NCBI RefSeq assembly: GCF_018977255.1
Contig: NW_024704742.1
Span: 67,334,001-67,398,000 of the forward strand
Length of the DNA: 64,000 nucleotides
Source of the DNA: Callorhinchus milii
Taxonomy: Eukaryota
Direction: 5' to 3'
Position numbers and translations under genes: made by a program. The notes below the pieces were generated by a model. That model was not told the origin of the DNA. It saw only the letters and a program-made list of their open reading frames with translations, and ran no database searches. Shown here one piece after another: positions 25,217-37,945 of the stretch. Each line of letters starts with the position of its first letter. The first letter of the stretch is position 1.

Positions 25217-26669
25217 TTTATCTTGTGATCCCTCTCAGCCACAGCTCTTTCACTCCATCGAAAAAAATGCAACACACCATAAGTTCTGAACAAAGCAATG
25301 GTTTTATTTCAATTTCTTTGGTACATTACGAACTTTACAATTCATATATTTCCGATTCCAAAATAGACTGCGTGATTGAAACCTTGTTGATTTTGACAAA
25401 AACCCGAGAGAGCAGACTAGGTATTGCATGAGTTAATAATGTAAAGACTGGCTGAAAACTGGGAGCAGCGAAACTTGAGAGAAAGATGATGTCATTGACA
25501 GCAGGACTAAATAATACTTAAGCTTGTACCATGGTTTTCCAGAGTGAGGTGAACATTGGATCACAAGAAGTTATGAAACTTTGGCAGGGGGGGTTGTGGG
25601 AATGTCATGGGAGGCAGGCTTAATAATAATAGTAATATAATGCTTACATTTGATATAGCATCTATCAAGTGAGGCGGACGCCTTAAAGCGCTTCACAGGA
25701 TATACTGTAAAGTGGGTGACAGTGTATTTTGCAGGCTACACTGAAACTATAGAGATATAGGAGTTATACACAAAGCATGAGTACTTTCATCCAACAGCTT
25801 GTTATTATAGAGCACATAGGCTCTTCTCTGTATTGCAGTCCTTGGGAAAGGCCAGTTTATTATTGTTAGATACATTTGTGCAAAGAGAATGCTGGGCACA
25901 CAAAAGGAATCCTAGTGCACTGGAGGACTATAATGCTAATCTATTGATTGGAGGGTTTTGATGGAGTAGCATACTGCAGGTGTCAGGCATGTCTCAGACA
26001 CACCCCAGACATTGTACAGTACAACCTTTGAGTCACATTTGGTTTAGAAAATGGAAAATCGACTTTGTACTTCGGGATCTCAACTGAGAGAAAACTGTTG
26101 ACTTACATGTACAAAAACAACAACGTTTATCCATATTGCGCCCTTCATTTCTCCACTGCAGCCGGGCATGTTTAACACCGCAGTGTGAGGGCCTTAATTT
26201 ATTTCACACATAAAATAAGAGAGCTACTTGTGCATTCGTTGCCGCTGAACTTTTCCTTGTCTAATGTTACAAACGTGATTGTTTCATGATGTTTCCGTCC
26301 ATTAGCCTAGCTCTGTCAGTCTTTCAGTGAAGCTCTTTATCCCAGGGCTTATTGTCTCTTGTATGATTGCACTCCTGAGAGAGTGATCAGCGGGTGTCCA
26401 ACGAATGCAGAACCCCATCATCATGCTTAAGAGTATCCGAACCAAATATCCCACCTACACATGGAAATTCCAGAGATAAATTTCTGGAATAGAATGTGCA
26501 CTCTCTCCCTAGAGAGATGCATCCTGATTTCCTAATTTCTAAATGTATTAAGTGCACATTGGCAACAGACAAGTCTTGGGGACCCCAGAGTGTGTGTTGG
26601 GTTGGAGTCTAACAACAACAACTAACCAGCTAAAACTTCAGTAAGTAATAGCTTATGTTTTCTGAAAGT

Positions 26670-27230
26670 AATGACTAAATATTTTACAGGCAAACACAGC
26701 AGCCAATTTGCACACAGCACTGTTTCACAAAGTGAAGGATCAATTTTAATCGAGGGATTATTTGTCAGAACTCTGGGAGAAAATCTCTTGTTGAATAGTA
26801 TGGTGGGATTTTTAACATCCATCCGGACAGAGAGACAAGCTATTGGGTTTAACATCTCATCCAAAGGATGGCACCTACGACAATGTAGCACTCCCCCAGC
26901 ACTGCACTGGAGTGTCAGCTCAATGTCTCGATGTGGGGCTTGAACCCACAACCCCATTTGAATCATGAAGTGAATGCCAGGTTTTATCTCAGGGATTGTT
27001 GGCCAGAACAGCGGGAGAAACTCCCTTCTCTTTTCAATTAGTGCCTTGAGATCTTTATCATCAAGCAGATGGGATCTTGTCTCATCCAAAGGATGGCACC
27101 TCCAGTAGCACAGCACTCCCTGGAGCACTGCATTGGAGTGTCAGCCTCGGTTGAGTTCCAAGTCCTGGTGTGGCGCTCGAACCCACAAACTTTTGATTCA
27201 GAGGCAAGAGTGCTACCAACTGAGCCAGGA
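26670..27230 (-). mobile_element. Two tandem SINE family A fragments
   Basis: Repeated tctcatccaaaggatggcacct...cagcactgca core. Confidence 0.75.
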
Positions 27231-28049
27231 TGATACAGTATATAGTATGTCTGTGCTGCCGGACATGATATGCAGAAGTGGTCGACAGTTGCAGTTGATA
27301 TATGTTTCGCTCACAAAATACACAATCAATCCACTTTACAGTATATTCTGTGAAGCGCTTTGAGACTTCTTGACAATGTGAAAGGCGCTATATTAAATGC
27401 AAGGATTATTATTATATAAATCATCAACAAAGTATTTCTGATGATGCGGTAACAATTTTAATAGCAAATCATTAGAGTCAGCTTCCACTGCAAACCTTGA
27501 GGTACATTTTCCAGCATTTCTTAACGATTCCTTAATTAAGAAATCTGAATGGGTCTCCTTGCTTACAGTAACCGGATGCACGTCACACCATGACATGAGG
27601 GAATTTCTATTCCCGCTGAGAATAGACTGATTTGGAGCGGAGTTCCTGTGAGTTGGGGGTCACGGAATTTTACAGTTTGTAATAAAGAAATCATTGAAGA
27701 AACACAGCAAAATGATCCTTGACCATTTTAAGTATCGTGACTGTACATTTTGTAGGCAAATTTAATAAGGGAGATACTGTAGCTAATGTATATCCATTTA
27801 TCATGATCAATAATAATCTTTGCATTTGTTATGGCGTCTCATTGTGTTGTCAAGATGTCTCAAAGCGCTCTATGGGATTTTACTGCGAAGTGTGATGACT
27901 GTGTGTTTTGTAGGCAGCTGATTTGCTCACAGCAATGCCCCACAAATAGCCATGAAGTGAATGACCGATTTTTATCTGGGTGGGGGAGGCGGGGTGGATT
28001 GTTGGCCAAGAACCAATTGAATCTGGATTGGCTGTTAGCAATTGCCTTG

Positions 28050-30196
28050 AAATAACAGAAGATGGGTCAGATTAAATTCTGGAATAACAATGCCAGAACT
28101 CGCTCATAGAACGCAGTGTCACGTCAGTCTTTATGTCATAACATCACCTTTCATATGAAACAACCTGTGGTTTAAATGTAGACAAGAACATGTCATGCAT
28201 TCCAGACCTGCCTAATGGTCAAAACACACCCAGCACAAAACAAGCAAGAGTTAAATTACAGGGAGCGACTACATTGGATTCTTGATATAAAGATAACTAC
28301 AAATTTGTCTTTTGTTTAAAAGGTTTTTGTATTAAAAAAATCTTACAACCCCCACCCCCCCTCCCCCGCCTTTCCCATCCGTTTTTAATCAGGTGTTTCC
28401 TGGGACCACAAGGTCACACAACACACAAAGAATATCTGCAATGATTAATTTTCGTTTCATCAAAAATATTTATAGGATCACCTGTTTAGAGGAAAATATG
28501 ATACACTTTTTTTTCTCTCACTTAACAAAATAAATTAAAATATACATGACTTTCTGTTTAAAATCTATATAGAATTACAAAGGCTTATATCTGCGGTTAG
28601 CTTCTTTCTGACCTGCGTAGCAGGCACTGCTGAGGTCCTGTGTCCTGTAACAAGGTCACTGAAATGTGATTGTGCAGTGACAATAAGGTGATTGCGTTCT
28701 ATCTCTTTCTGGGAACAATTTCTGTTCGCCTCAAGGGACTGAGCTGTAGCCATAAGTAGCGGGGTGCTCAGGCTAGAGGGGGCTCATCCAACTCCTATCT
28801 CCAAGCACCTGTGTAAGGGGAGCAAGGAGGGGAAAGCCCTGAGCCCAGTCAGTCCTCCCAACCCACAGCCCCCTCTTGCCCTTCCCCCAACTTGCCAGCC
28901 TGCCTATTTCCAGTCCAGTGGTCTGCTCGTCAGGGCACTCTCACCTCTAATTGACCGATGGACCTGTCAGTCAGGTCTATCAGTATCTTAATGGGGACTA
29001 ACCCTTTAACTGAGTTTTACTCAGCCACCCACCCTCCAAGAATATTTTCATCCACTGCCTATGGCTGCAGCATTGATTTTTTTCCAATGGCTTAAGGGTT
29101 AACGTGCCTACATAGAGGAGGGTTAAAACAGAGATTACAGCATCAGCATTTTGTGCTGGGGAGGGGGTGAGAGGGAGAGAGGGAAAAATTAATGCCTATT
29201 CCACGTCCTGCTCTATCTCTGTTCACATCATGAAGCATTGTCCTGCTGTTCCATTCCCTCATGTTTGGCAGTGGCTTAGACATAAGATAGCAGGTTTTTG
29301 ATTTGTCGCCTTCAAGGTAAAACCTCCACGTAACATAGCAGACTATGTAACTCTGAACGTCAAGTGAGCTAAGAACCTCTGCTGTGGACAAGACAGTCAG
29401 CACTTTCGTTTGGCAGTAACCTGTGGTTAAGCTTTATTTTTTTAATCAAGAGCAGGTTTCTTGTACCTTTGAATTGAAATGCAATGAAAGTTTTCTGTTC
29501 ATGTTCTGGACAATAGTAATTTTGGGGGAAATATATATATATAATATAAATATTATTTGGTGTTGTTAAGGATAAGATATCTTGTCAAGTGAATTTAACT
29601 GCATAAAAGAACTAACCTCACAGCATTCAATTATACCTCAAGTAGTTTTCATAATTTATACATACAGAGTAATTGTTCGATACTGGGATGCAGGGGAGGA
29701 TGGGAAGGGGAAATGAGGAGGAGAGACAGGGGGCAAAGCGTCTATGTTGCCCAGAAGTCTAGTTGGATTTTTACAACGCTTCAGAAACTGGATTTGGAAG
29801 TCCGAGATGAATGAGTTGCTGTGTTTATTGGAAAATATATCTGATCTTTTGAAGTCAAATCTTTTTGGCATCCATCTCTCCGAAAGCATTACCTTGAAGC
29901 ACTCATTCTCCTCATCGTGTTCCAAGTCAACATCCTCGTGTCTCACAGGAATTTCAGGCCAACTCTAAATGTTTTCCATTAACCTCTTTCCCCAAAAGTC
30001 TTTTTATTGTTGTTTGTTTGCCTTTTCAAGCCAAGCCTTCGAATCTCACTGGCAGTGTGGACGGAGGGTGGGCTGGGGGTTGGCGGACAACGAGAAAGAA
30101 AATGCTTCGATCTTCTGCTGTGGTCTCTCTCTCTGCAGGGAATTACAGGGAAACGGGACGGGAGTAACGGGCAAAAAAAACACCATGGCCAGCCAG
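28050..30196 (-). other. FGFRL1: Probable FGFRL1 3' UTR; distal end uncertain
   Basis: About 2.1 kb without recognisable repeats directly after the stop. Minus-strand AATAAA at 30003-30008, 29824-29829 and 29433-29438, ATTAAA at 28384-28389. Confidence 0.55.
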
Positions 30197-30609
30197 CTAA
30201 CACTGATAATGGATGTGTTGATGCTGGTGTACTTTGCCCTCGACGTGCGAGTGCGTGTGCGTGTGGATGTCCGTGTAAATCTTTGGATACATTTTGGGGC
30301 CCATTTGGGGAGCCAGCGGAGGTCCTTGAGTTAGCAGGTGCTGCTGCTGAGCCACGTATTCCTCGTAATTGATGGGTGTGATGCCCTCCTTGTCCGGTAC
30401 CTGAGGCAGGCACATTCGCTCTCTCTGTTGTTGCCTGTGGGCAGCCACAGCCGAGGCTGGCGATGAGCAAGGCTTCTTCTTGGTCTGGCACAACCACAGC
30501 AGGATGGTCCCAAAGATGAAAACGGCACCGGCCGGGATGCCAATGATTACGGGCCAGGGGAGGCCGCCCGTGGAGGGAAGGGTCGTGGCTGCCTTTGGGG
30601 GCTTCGGGT
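30197..30609 (-). CDS. FGFRL1: FGFRL1 last coding exon: transmembrane helix and kinase-less cytoplasmic tail
   Basis: gtgcag acceptor, then DPKPP...[26 protein letters not shown] (TM), QHLL dileucine, [11 protein letters not shown] tandem Tyr motif, His-rich [22 protein letters not shown] and TAG at 30199-30197. Confidence 0.97.
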
Positions 30610-31189
30610 CTGCACAATTTTGGGGAGGGGGAGAGGGGGGAGGGGGCACCCAGAGGACACCAAGGAAGACAGGAGATGACAAACAAAAACAGAAAAAAAT
30701 TAAAACCAATTCACAATTGATATACAATATATGATCAGATTTACAATGATATATAAGCGTCTTTGATGTCAGCACCCCTCAAAACCATTCAGGCTCCTGG
30801 CCTGGGCTGGGGGTGGGAGCCAAGGGGACGGTGGGGAGGAGAAAGATGACTGAAAGCAAGGTCATGTAGTGTAGAATGACATCTCAGAAAGCTTCACAGT
30901 GGTGGGGTTGGACACCTGTCAGGCGGGAGGAGGAGAGGGAGGGGGAAGTTGACTGCAGGCGCCGTCAAAGAGGTAGGGTGTTGTAAAGGTCAGAGGCATA
31001 GAATTGGAAAGCTCAGCTACCACCGGTATCACCCTATCGCTACTTATTTTCTGTCGGGAAACAGAATATTGCTAACAATGCATAAATCAATTCTTACATT
31101 GTTTACACATTTTACAGCATTTGTTAATGATTAAAACAATAATGAATAATTATTAATAATTATATTATTATATTAATATTATATTGTCT

Positions 31190-32795
31190 TTCAAATATGG
31201 AGGGCGTCTCAAAGTACTTCTCAGAATTTACTATAAAGTGCAGTGTTTGTATTTTGTAGATGAATACAACAGCCAATTTGCACACAGGAAGAATAATGAT
31301 AAAATTGATAATAATCCTTGCATTTGATACAGCACCTTATCATGAATGAATGTCTCACAAACATAAAATGAATGAGCAATTTTGTTAGGGGGATTATTGG
31401 CCAGTACATCAGGAGAAACTCCATTCTCTTTCCGCCTAGTACCATGGAATCTTTAAGGTCCACGTGAACAGGCAGATGGGTTCAACATCTCATCCGAAAG
31501 ATAACAACTCCAACAATGTAACACACAACATCAGAGTGTCAGCCTGGACTATATGAGTTCAATATCCCAGCATGGGGCTTGAAACCACAAACTTCTGACT
31601 CAAAGGCAAGCGTGCTACTAACTGATTCCAAACTGATTCCTTCACAGGTGGTGTTTATATACCACATGGGCCTCCTCCATCCTAACCCCTTCTTCCTATC
31701 CACCTCCCACACCCTCTGTTCCCTTCTCCCTCCCGTCTGCAAAAAGGAAGAAAATTATAGGATGTAAGCTGTTACTCAAGATAATAATAATAATCCTTGC
31801 ATTTGACATAATGTAATAACATAACATGTAGGAGCAGGAGTAGACCATTCGGCCCTTCGAGCCTGCCCCGCCATTCAATTATGCTGATCTTCTAATCTAA
31901 CTCCAGCTAATAACATAACCCTGCCTCATCCCCATATCCCTTAAACCCTTTTACAATAAGAAATATATCTATCTCAGTCTTTAATATGTTTGATATAATC
32001 CTTGCATTTGCTATAACGTCTTATCATGTCGTTGAGACATCTCGAAGCAATTCACAGAATATTGTAAAGTGAATTGACTGTATTTTGTGGACAAAACGCA
32101 GCAGCCAATTGCGCACAGCAGTGCACCACAAAAAGTCATGGATTGAGTCACCACATTTTTGTGTCGGGGGGTGGGGGGATTATTATCCCTGGAATGCAAT
32201 CCGCTAATCGACTAACAACCAGGTTTCTAGTTACTGCTAGGTAAATAGAGGCACGTGGAGTAATGAAACTTGCCAAAAAAGGTTTTGCCCTGCACGGGAA
32301 TCGAACCCGGGATTTGGACCCATAAGCTTCTGATCCATGGGCAAGACACTGAGGTTTGGGGTGCAGTAGCTGAAGGCTTGGCCAAAAAGCTCTTAGAATT
32401 TTAGAGTTCATAACTCTGATCTGTCAGGTTTTAAGTACGTGAGGGTTTTTTGGGGGTGTCAGCCTCTTACAGAAATCCATCAACTCAAGAGTATCCAAAT
32501 CACAGTTTCACATAATAATATTTTTTCCATCCTTTGTAGCGCCTTGCATATCGGGAGGACATCCCAAAGCGCTGCACAGGATACAATATGAAGTGGAGTG
32601 ACTGTGTATTTGTGGGCAAATGCATCAGCCAATTTGTGCACAGCAATGTTCCACAAACAACCCATGAAATGAATAACCAATCTTATTTGGGGGAATGTTG
32701 GCCTGTCTTTTCAAATAGTGCCATGAGATCTTTAACATCCACCTGAACAGGCAGACAGGACCTCAGTTTAATGTCTCAACTGAAGGACGGCACCA
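31190..32795 (-). mobile_element. Cluster: SINE A (31190-31640), CR1 3' end (31825-31990), SINE B (31995-32320), SINE A (32510-32795)
   Basis: Family motifs as above; CR1 end taggagcaggagtagaccattcggccc. Confidence 0.75.
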
Positions 32796-32934
32796 GGGGG
32801 AAATTATTGTGAGCAGTCCTCTACTCTCCAGAGTCAAGTGAGAAATTGATCTCTCCTCAGTCCTTTAAAAGGTGGTAACACTGGTTCAGAGACAAGCCCT
32901 CAGGTTGTCTAATGGAGGCAGCCCACATGTGGAG

Positions 32935-33160
32935 AGAAATCCCACTTGGGTCTAGATTCACTCTGTTTATGTTGCATTTTAGAGTTTGCAAAACTTTGGG
33001 TAAATTGTTCAATTCCATCTTAGTTTTCAAGTTTTTTTTGTATTTCTTGAAGGAAAATGACATCAAAATTAAGGCTGTGATTCAGAAGTTGGCCAAGTTC
33101 TGGTCACTCTGAAATGCTATGTTAAACAGACTAAATGTAGTTCTCACTGGAATTTCTCCT
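32935..33160. mobile_element. Palindromic MITE-like element
   Basis: About 60-bp imperfect terminal inverted repeats (gaaatcccacttgggtctagattcactctgttt...gcattttagagt versus actctgaaatgc...aaacagactaaatgtag...tggaatttc) around an AT-rich core. Confidence 0.65.
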
Positions 33161-34539
33161 GGCTGGTCAGCTACAACTACTGAACAAAGGAAACAAGCTG
33201 TCAAAACTGATGAATAACGTCTTAATAAGTGCTTGAAAAGAGATGTTATCATTTGATGAGGTGATACAGCTATCAAGAAAGATTGGACAGGTTGGAGCTT
33301 TTCTCTCTGAAGTTGAGATGATTGTAATATATATATAATAATCCTTGCATTTGATAAAGCGCTTTATCATATCTTTGCGGCGTCTCAAAGAGCTTCACAG
33401 AATATACTGAAAAGTGAATTGACTGTATATATTGTGGGTGAAATGTGGCAGCAAATTGCGAACAGCAGTGTCCCACAGACAGTCATTATTATTATTATTA
33501 TTATTATTTTTGAGATTGAGGGGGGAGCTCATAGAGGGAGTTTAAGATTATGAAAGAATTTGACAAGGTGAATGTGAATAGGTTATTTCCACCTAGGGGT
33601 TGCTCATACACTTGCATTGTCCTGTTGCATTTCTTGATCAGTAAGTTGAGTCTTAGGGTGTAAAATAATACATGGAATTACATAGAACGCTGCAGCACAG
33701 AAAGAGTTTATTTGGCCCAACTAGTCAATGTCAGTGTTTATACTCCGCATGAGCCTCCACTCAGACTATTTCCCATTCCTATTCCCATTTCCCTCATGTA
33801 TGCATCACATTTCCTCTTCAATATGTTGATGTAGTTTTGTGTTGGTTCCAGTCCTCCATCAAAAAAGCATCACCTCTTTCCAGGTTATTTTTGCCTTGTG
33901 ATTTAATACATCCAGGCTTTGAGAGTAATGATTATTAGAGTAGGGAGACTATAAATTGATGACCTGCTAAGGATTTTAAGTTTTGCAATGATCAAATCTG
34001 GTCTTATTCTGCCTTGTGATCAATTTTCATTTTCTAATAGAGGAGACAGTGTAAGAGATGAAAGGTGGTATTAAGGTTTAATTTGGCAAAGTAATGAAAT
34101 GATTGTCTTCAAAGACAGGATTAGTTTAACACTCACGATAAGGGTTTTTGACTGATCCAAAGATAAACTCCTTTGTACTGCTGAGCATGCCTCTAATTTT
34201 GATGTTATGAAGATTTGCACCAAAAGTGCTGGTTGAACCTGCTCCTTACCATGTTTGAATCCAGAAGCAGAGAAAGCACTGTTCCTTAGTTATCGCTGAG
34301 GCAATGAGTGCTAGAGAAGGGAGTTTCTCTTGATGTTCTGGCCAAATGGAAAGAATCCCTGGATGCAGTATTTTAATAATAATAATAATCCTTGCATTTG
34401 ATTGAGCACCTTATTGCATCATTGAGACATCTTGACTTTTGACCAGGTTGATAGTGCTAAAGGCTAAGGAATAAGTCCAGATAGCACTTATTGTCTCTTG
34501 TTTAGGGGAAGGTAATCCAGGGCACTGAGATACTGTAAA

Positions 34540-34990
34540 CTTTCATGAAAGGAATCGATAAGGTGGCTATTCACAGTCTGTTTCTGCTTGCTGGTGAGTC
34601 AAAAATTAGACAACACAAATATAAGATTGCCAATAAATCTAATAGGGAGCTTAGGAGGAACTATACAATATATAGTTTGGGACACGACATGTCATGTGAC
34701 TGCCAGGATGGTGGAAGGCGAATTGGATGGATCTCGATCTTCTTTCGCCAAGAAACTCTTATGTTCTTAACTTTGTTTTACCATAAGCTGGTGAGAATAT
34801 GGACCTCACTGAAGTAAACTGGTTGAAGCAAATAGCATCAATGTATTTAAGAGAAAACTGGATGCATGCATGAGGAAGAGGGGAATAGAGGGGTATAGGA
34901 GAGTGGGGCGGGGGTTTGTTTGGATTGTAAGCACTGGCACAGACTAGTTAGGCCAAATGGCCTATTTCCTTGCTGTACCACTCTATGTAA
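34540..34990 (+). mobile_element. CR1-type LINE 3' fragment
   Basis: MKGIDKV...LF.LAGES..R.HKYKI remnant and ggccaaatggcct 3' UTR motif. Confidence 0.7.
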
Positions 34991-35256
34991 CTGCTCAGCA
35001 CTTGCTAGTACTGTAGTTTGATTCTGCAACTGCAGAATTGCTGGCAGGCACACAGGGGGGTGATGCATTCATTCAATTACAAATTAAATAGATATCTTTC
35101 AGATAATAATATTTTGGGGATACAGTTCATGAATAATTTGAGACATAATATATAGTAAATGTAATATGCTTGGAACATTGTGTATAATATAAAATATATG
35201 CAATTGGCTACCATGCCTCACCCATAAAATATATAGTCAAATTCACTTTACAGTAA

Positions 35257-35448
35257 CAAAACACAAAATACTGCAGATGCTGGAAATCTGAAAACAAAAA
35301 CAGAAGTCACTGGGAACATTCAGCAGATCAGGCAGCATCTATGGACAGTTCTGATGAAGGATCGTGAACCCGAAATGTTGACTCACTTTCCTTTCTCCAT
35401 AGATGCTGCCTGACCTGCTGAGTGTTCTCAGCGACTTCTGTTTATATT
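35257..35448. mobile_element. Penelope-like insert with inverted arms and minimal hammerhead-ribozyme-like motif, nested in a SINE
   Basis: 15-bp TSD ttcac(t/g)ttacagtaa (35242-35256 and 35449-35463); inverted arms ~35299-35345 and ~35396-35443; agttCTGATGA...GAAAtgttgact at 35347-35383. Confidence 0.8.
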
Positions 35449-35904
35449 TTCACGTTACAGTAAATTCTGTGAAGCGTTTTAAGATGTCTCAATGAGGCGT
35501 AATATCAAATGCAAGGATTATTATTATTGTTATTATAAAGAATCAGTCAACTTTGGATCTATACTTCCTAAAGCTTTCCACTCTGTTTTAGACTAATCCA
35601 TACAGAATTAATTTCTATCAACATCTCCATTATTGTAGCATGCGACAACCAGAATAGTGGAAGGCAAACTAGATGGACCTTGGTCTTTTTTTGTCCAGCA
35701 ATTCCTATGTTACTATGCTTTTTCCCTGTTCACACAAGACAATGTTGGTCAAATTGATGACCTTCATTGTTCTTGCTGCGGGATTGGACATTCCCTCTCT
35801 GCATGACAGAGCTCTGATCTGAAGTGTTGTGAGACGCACATCCTGTTTCAAAAGTTACATCAAAAGCTCTCTGGAAGTGGAAATTTTTGTTGTTGTTGAA
35901 GACA

Positions 35905-36140
35905 CAATCTCTCTCTCCTCTCTCGTTCCCCCATCGTCCCCCTCCTCTCTCTCCTCCTCTCTCCCCCCCTCTCCCCGCGCTCTCCCACTCTTCCCCATCT
36001 CCTTCCTCTCTTCCCCTTTATCTCTTCCCCACTCTCTCTGTCTCCCCTCTCTGTTTCCCCTCTCTCCCCACCTGCCCCCACTCTCTTTCCCCCTTCTCTC
36101 CCAACTCTTTCCCTCTCCCCCCCCCCTCCCAATCTCTCTC
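35905..36140 (+). repeat. Polypyrimidine (C/T) low-complexity tract
   Basis: About 235 nt made almost entirely of C and T. Confidence 0.9.
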
Positions 36141-36789
36141 CAAAGAGAGAGGTCACTATCTGCAGCGATAGGAGATGGTGGTTGGTTGCTAAGGATGCAG
36201 TTGGTAAGAAACGCGCTTGCCTTCTTGACAGACTGCAGTAAAGGCTTTGCGCAACTGCCGGCTCCTGCTGCTGGCTGTTGGACCACGCTGGCTTAGACTA
36301 TGTGTTTCTAAGTCTTGACGTGGGACTCAAACCCACAACCTTCCGACTCAGAGGCAACAACAACAAAATTATGTTTGTATAGTGCCTTTCACGTCGAGAG
36401 GGCGTCCCAAGTCGCTGGACAATCAGTGTTTCGCAAGAGGCAAGAGTGCTACCACTGAGCCAGGCTGACACACACATGTTTAGTTGGGTTTTGAAGGGGG
36501 GAAGGGGGCAAGCCAGGATGAAGTTCCAGAGAGCAGGGGCAGAATGACTCAAAGCTCGCCCACCGACCGAGGGGTCGAGAAGCGTAAAGCAAGCTGACGT
36601 TTGCTGAAAGGAAAGTGCAACTGGGACAAATCCCACCAATGGGACATCCCCATGTCGCAGAATTTCAGCCTGTAGAAATAATTTCTTTCCCCATAGCTTT
36701 TCAATTTGTTTGGTTTCAAGTATATATACAATTCCCTTTGGTCAACAACCTTAAAATCTCCTTTTCGATGCTGCGTTATGGCCTCTATG

Positions 36790-37945
36790 AAGTGTTTTGA
36801 GATGTTGTCTCTCCTTGAATGGTTCTACCTCTCAAATCATCTCAACTTCATCTCCACAAACAGTTTCTCCTCTAGCACCCTCCAGCATCTCGCACGGCGT
36901 TCCTCAGAGCTCTTTCCTTGGTTCCCTCCTCTTCAATCTCTATATGCTCCCTCTTGATGACATCATCCGCAGACATGGGGTCAACTTCCACATGTATGTG
37001 AATGACACCCAACTCCCTCTGCCTCCACCCTCGACTCCAGTTCCACTGCTGTGCTGATAGAATGTCTGTCAGACATCAAGTGCTGGATGAGAGCGAACTT
37101 TCTTCAGATGGATGTCAACAAGACTGAGACTCTCCTGATTGGCTCCCATCAGCGCTTCCACACCTCAGGCGCTGACAGCATCACCATCCATGGTTGCACA
37201 CTCTATCTTCCTAAGCCAGTCCAGAACCTTGGTGTCTTGTTTGATCCTCAACTATCCTTTCTACCCCACATCCCTACCATGACCCGCTCTGCCTTCCCCC
37301 ACCTCCGCAACATCACCCAGCTCCGCCACTGTCTCACAGGCCGCTGAAACCCTCATAAACGCATTCATAACATCCAGGTTTGTCTATGCAAATTCCCTGC
37401 TTGTCGGCCTCCTCAACTCCTCCCTCCGTAGGCAGCAGATCATCCGGAACTCTGCAGCCTACGTCCTCTCCTGCACCAGATTCCATGACCTTATCACCGC
37501 CATCCTCACCTGCCTCCAATGGCTTCCCATCACACAGAGGACATAGTTCAAGATCTTGGTCCACACCTTCAAAGCCCTCCATGGTTTTGCTCCCCACTAC
37601 CTCTACGACCTCCTAACCCCCTACTAACCTATTCACTCCGTCCGCTCGGAGGGTTCCGGTCTGCTTCATGTCCCCCGCCTCGCCTGTCCCACCATTGGGG
37701 CATCACTCTGCCCCCACCTCTGGAATGACATCCCATAGTCCCTCCACCTCGCCCCCTCCCTTACCTCCTTCAAGACCCATCTCAAGACCCTCCTCTTTGA
37801 CCGTGCCTTCGATCACCCTCCTTCCCCCCCTGCCCTCCACCCTCCCCAATCTCGATCCCCAGCTCGGGTCCGAAACATTGACTGTCCAGTACCTTGGGAC
37901 ATCCTCCTGACTTGAAAGGCGCAATACAAATGTCATTTTGTTGTT
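36790..37945 (+). mobile_element. L2 3' fragment (RT C-terminal half to tail)
   Basis: GVPQ.S.LG.LLFNLYMLPL.DIIRRHGVNFHMYVNDTQL, FLQMDVNKTE; L2 tail. Confidence 0.9.

Noticed and set aside
30610..30775. N-terminal extensions of the exon-containing ORFs (also 50837-50951 and the C-terminal run 39523-39770) as normal coding sequence
   Set aside because: They lie beyond canonical splice sites and translate polypyrimidine tract or L2 remnants.
35829..36296. Pro/Ser/Leu-rich and Arg/Glu/Gly-rich ORFs
   Set aside because: Artefacts of the C/T tract.
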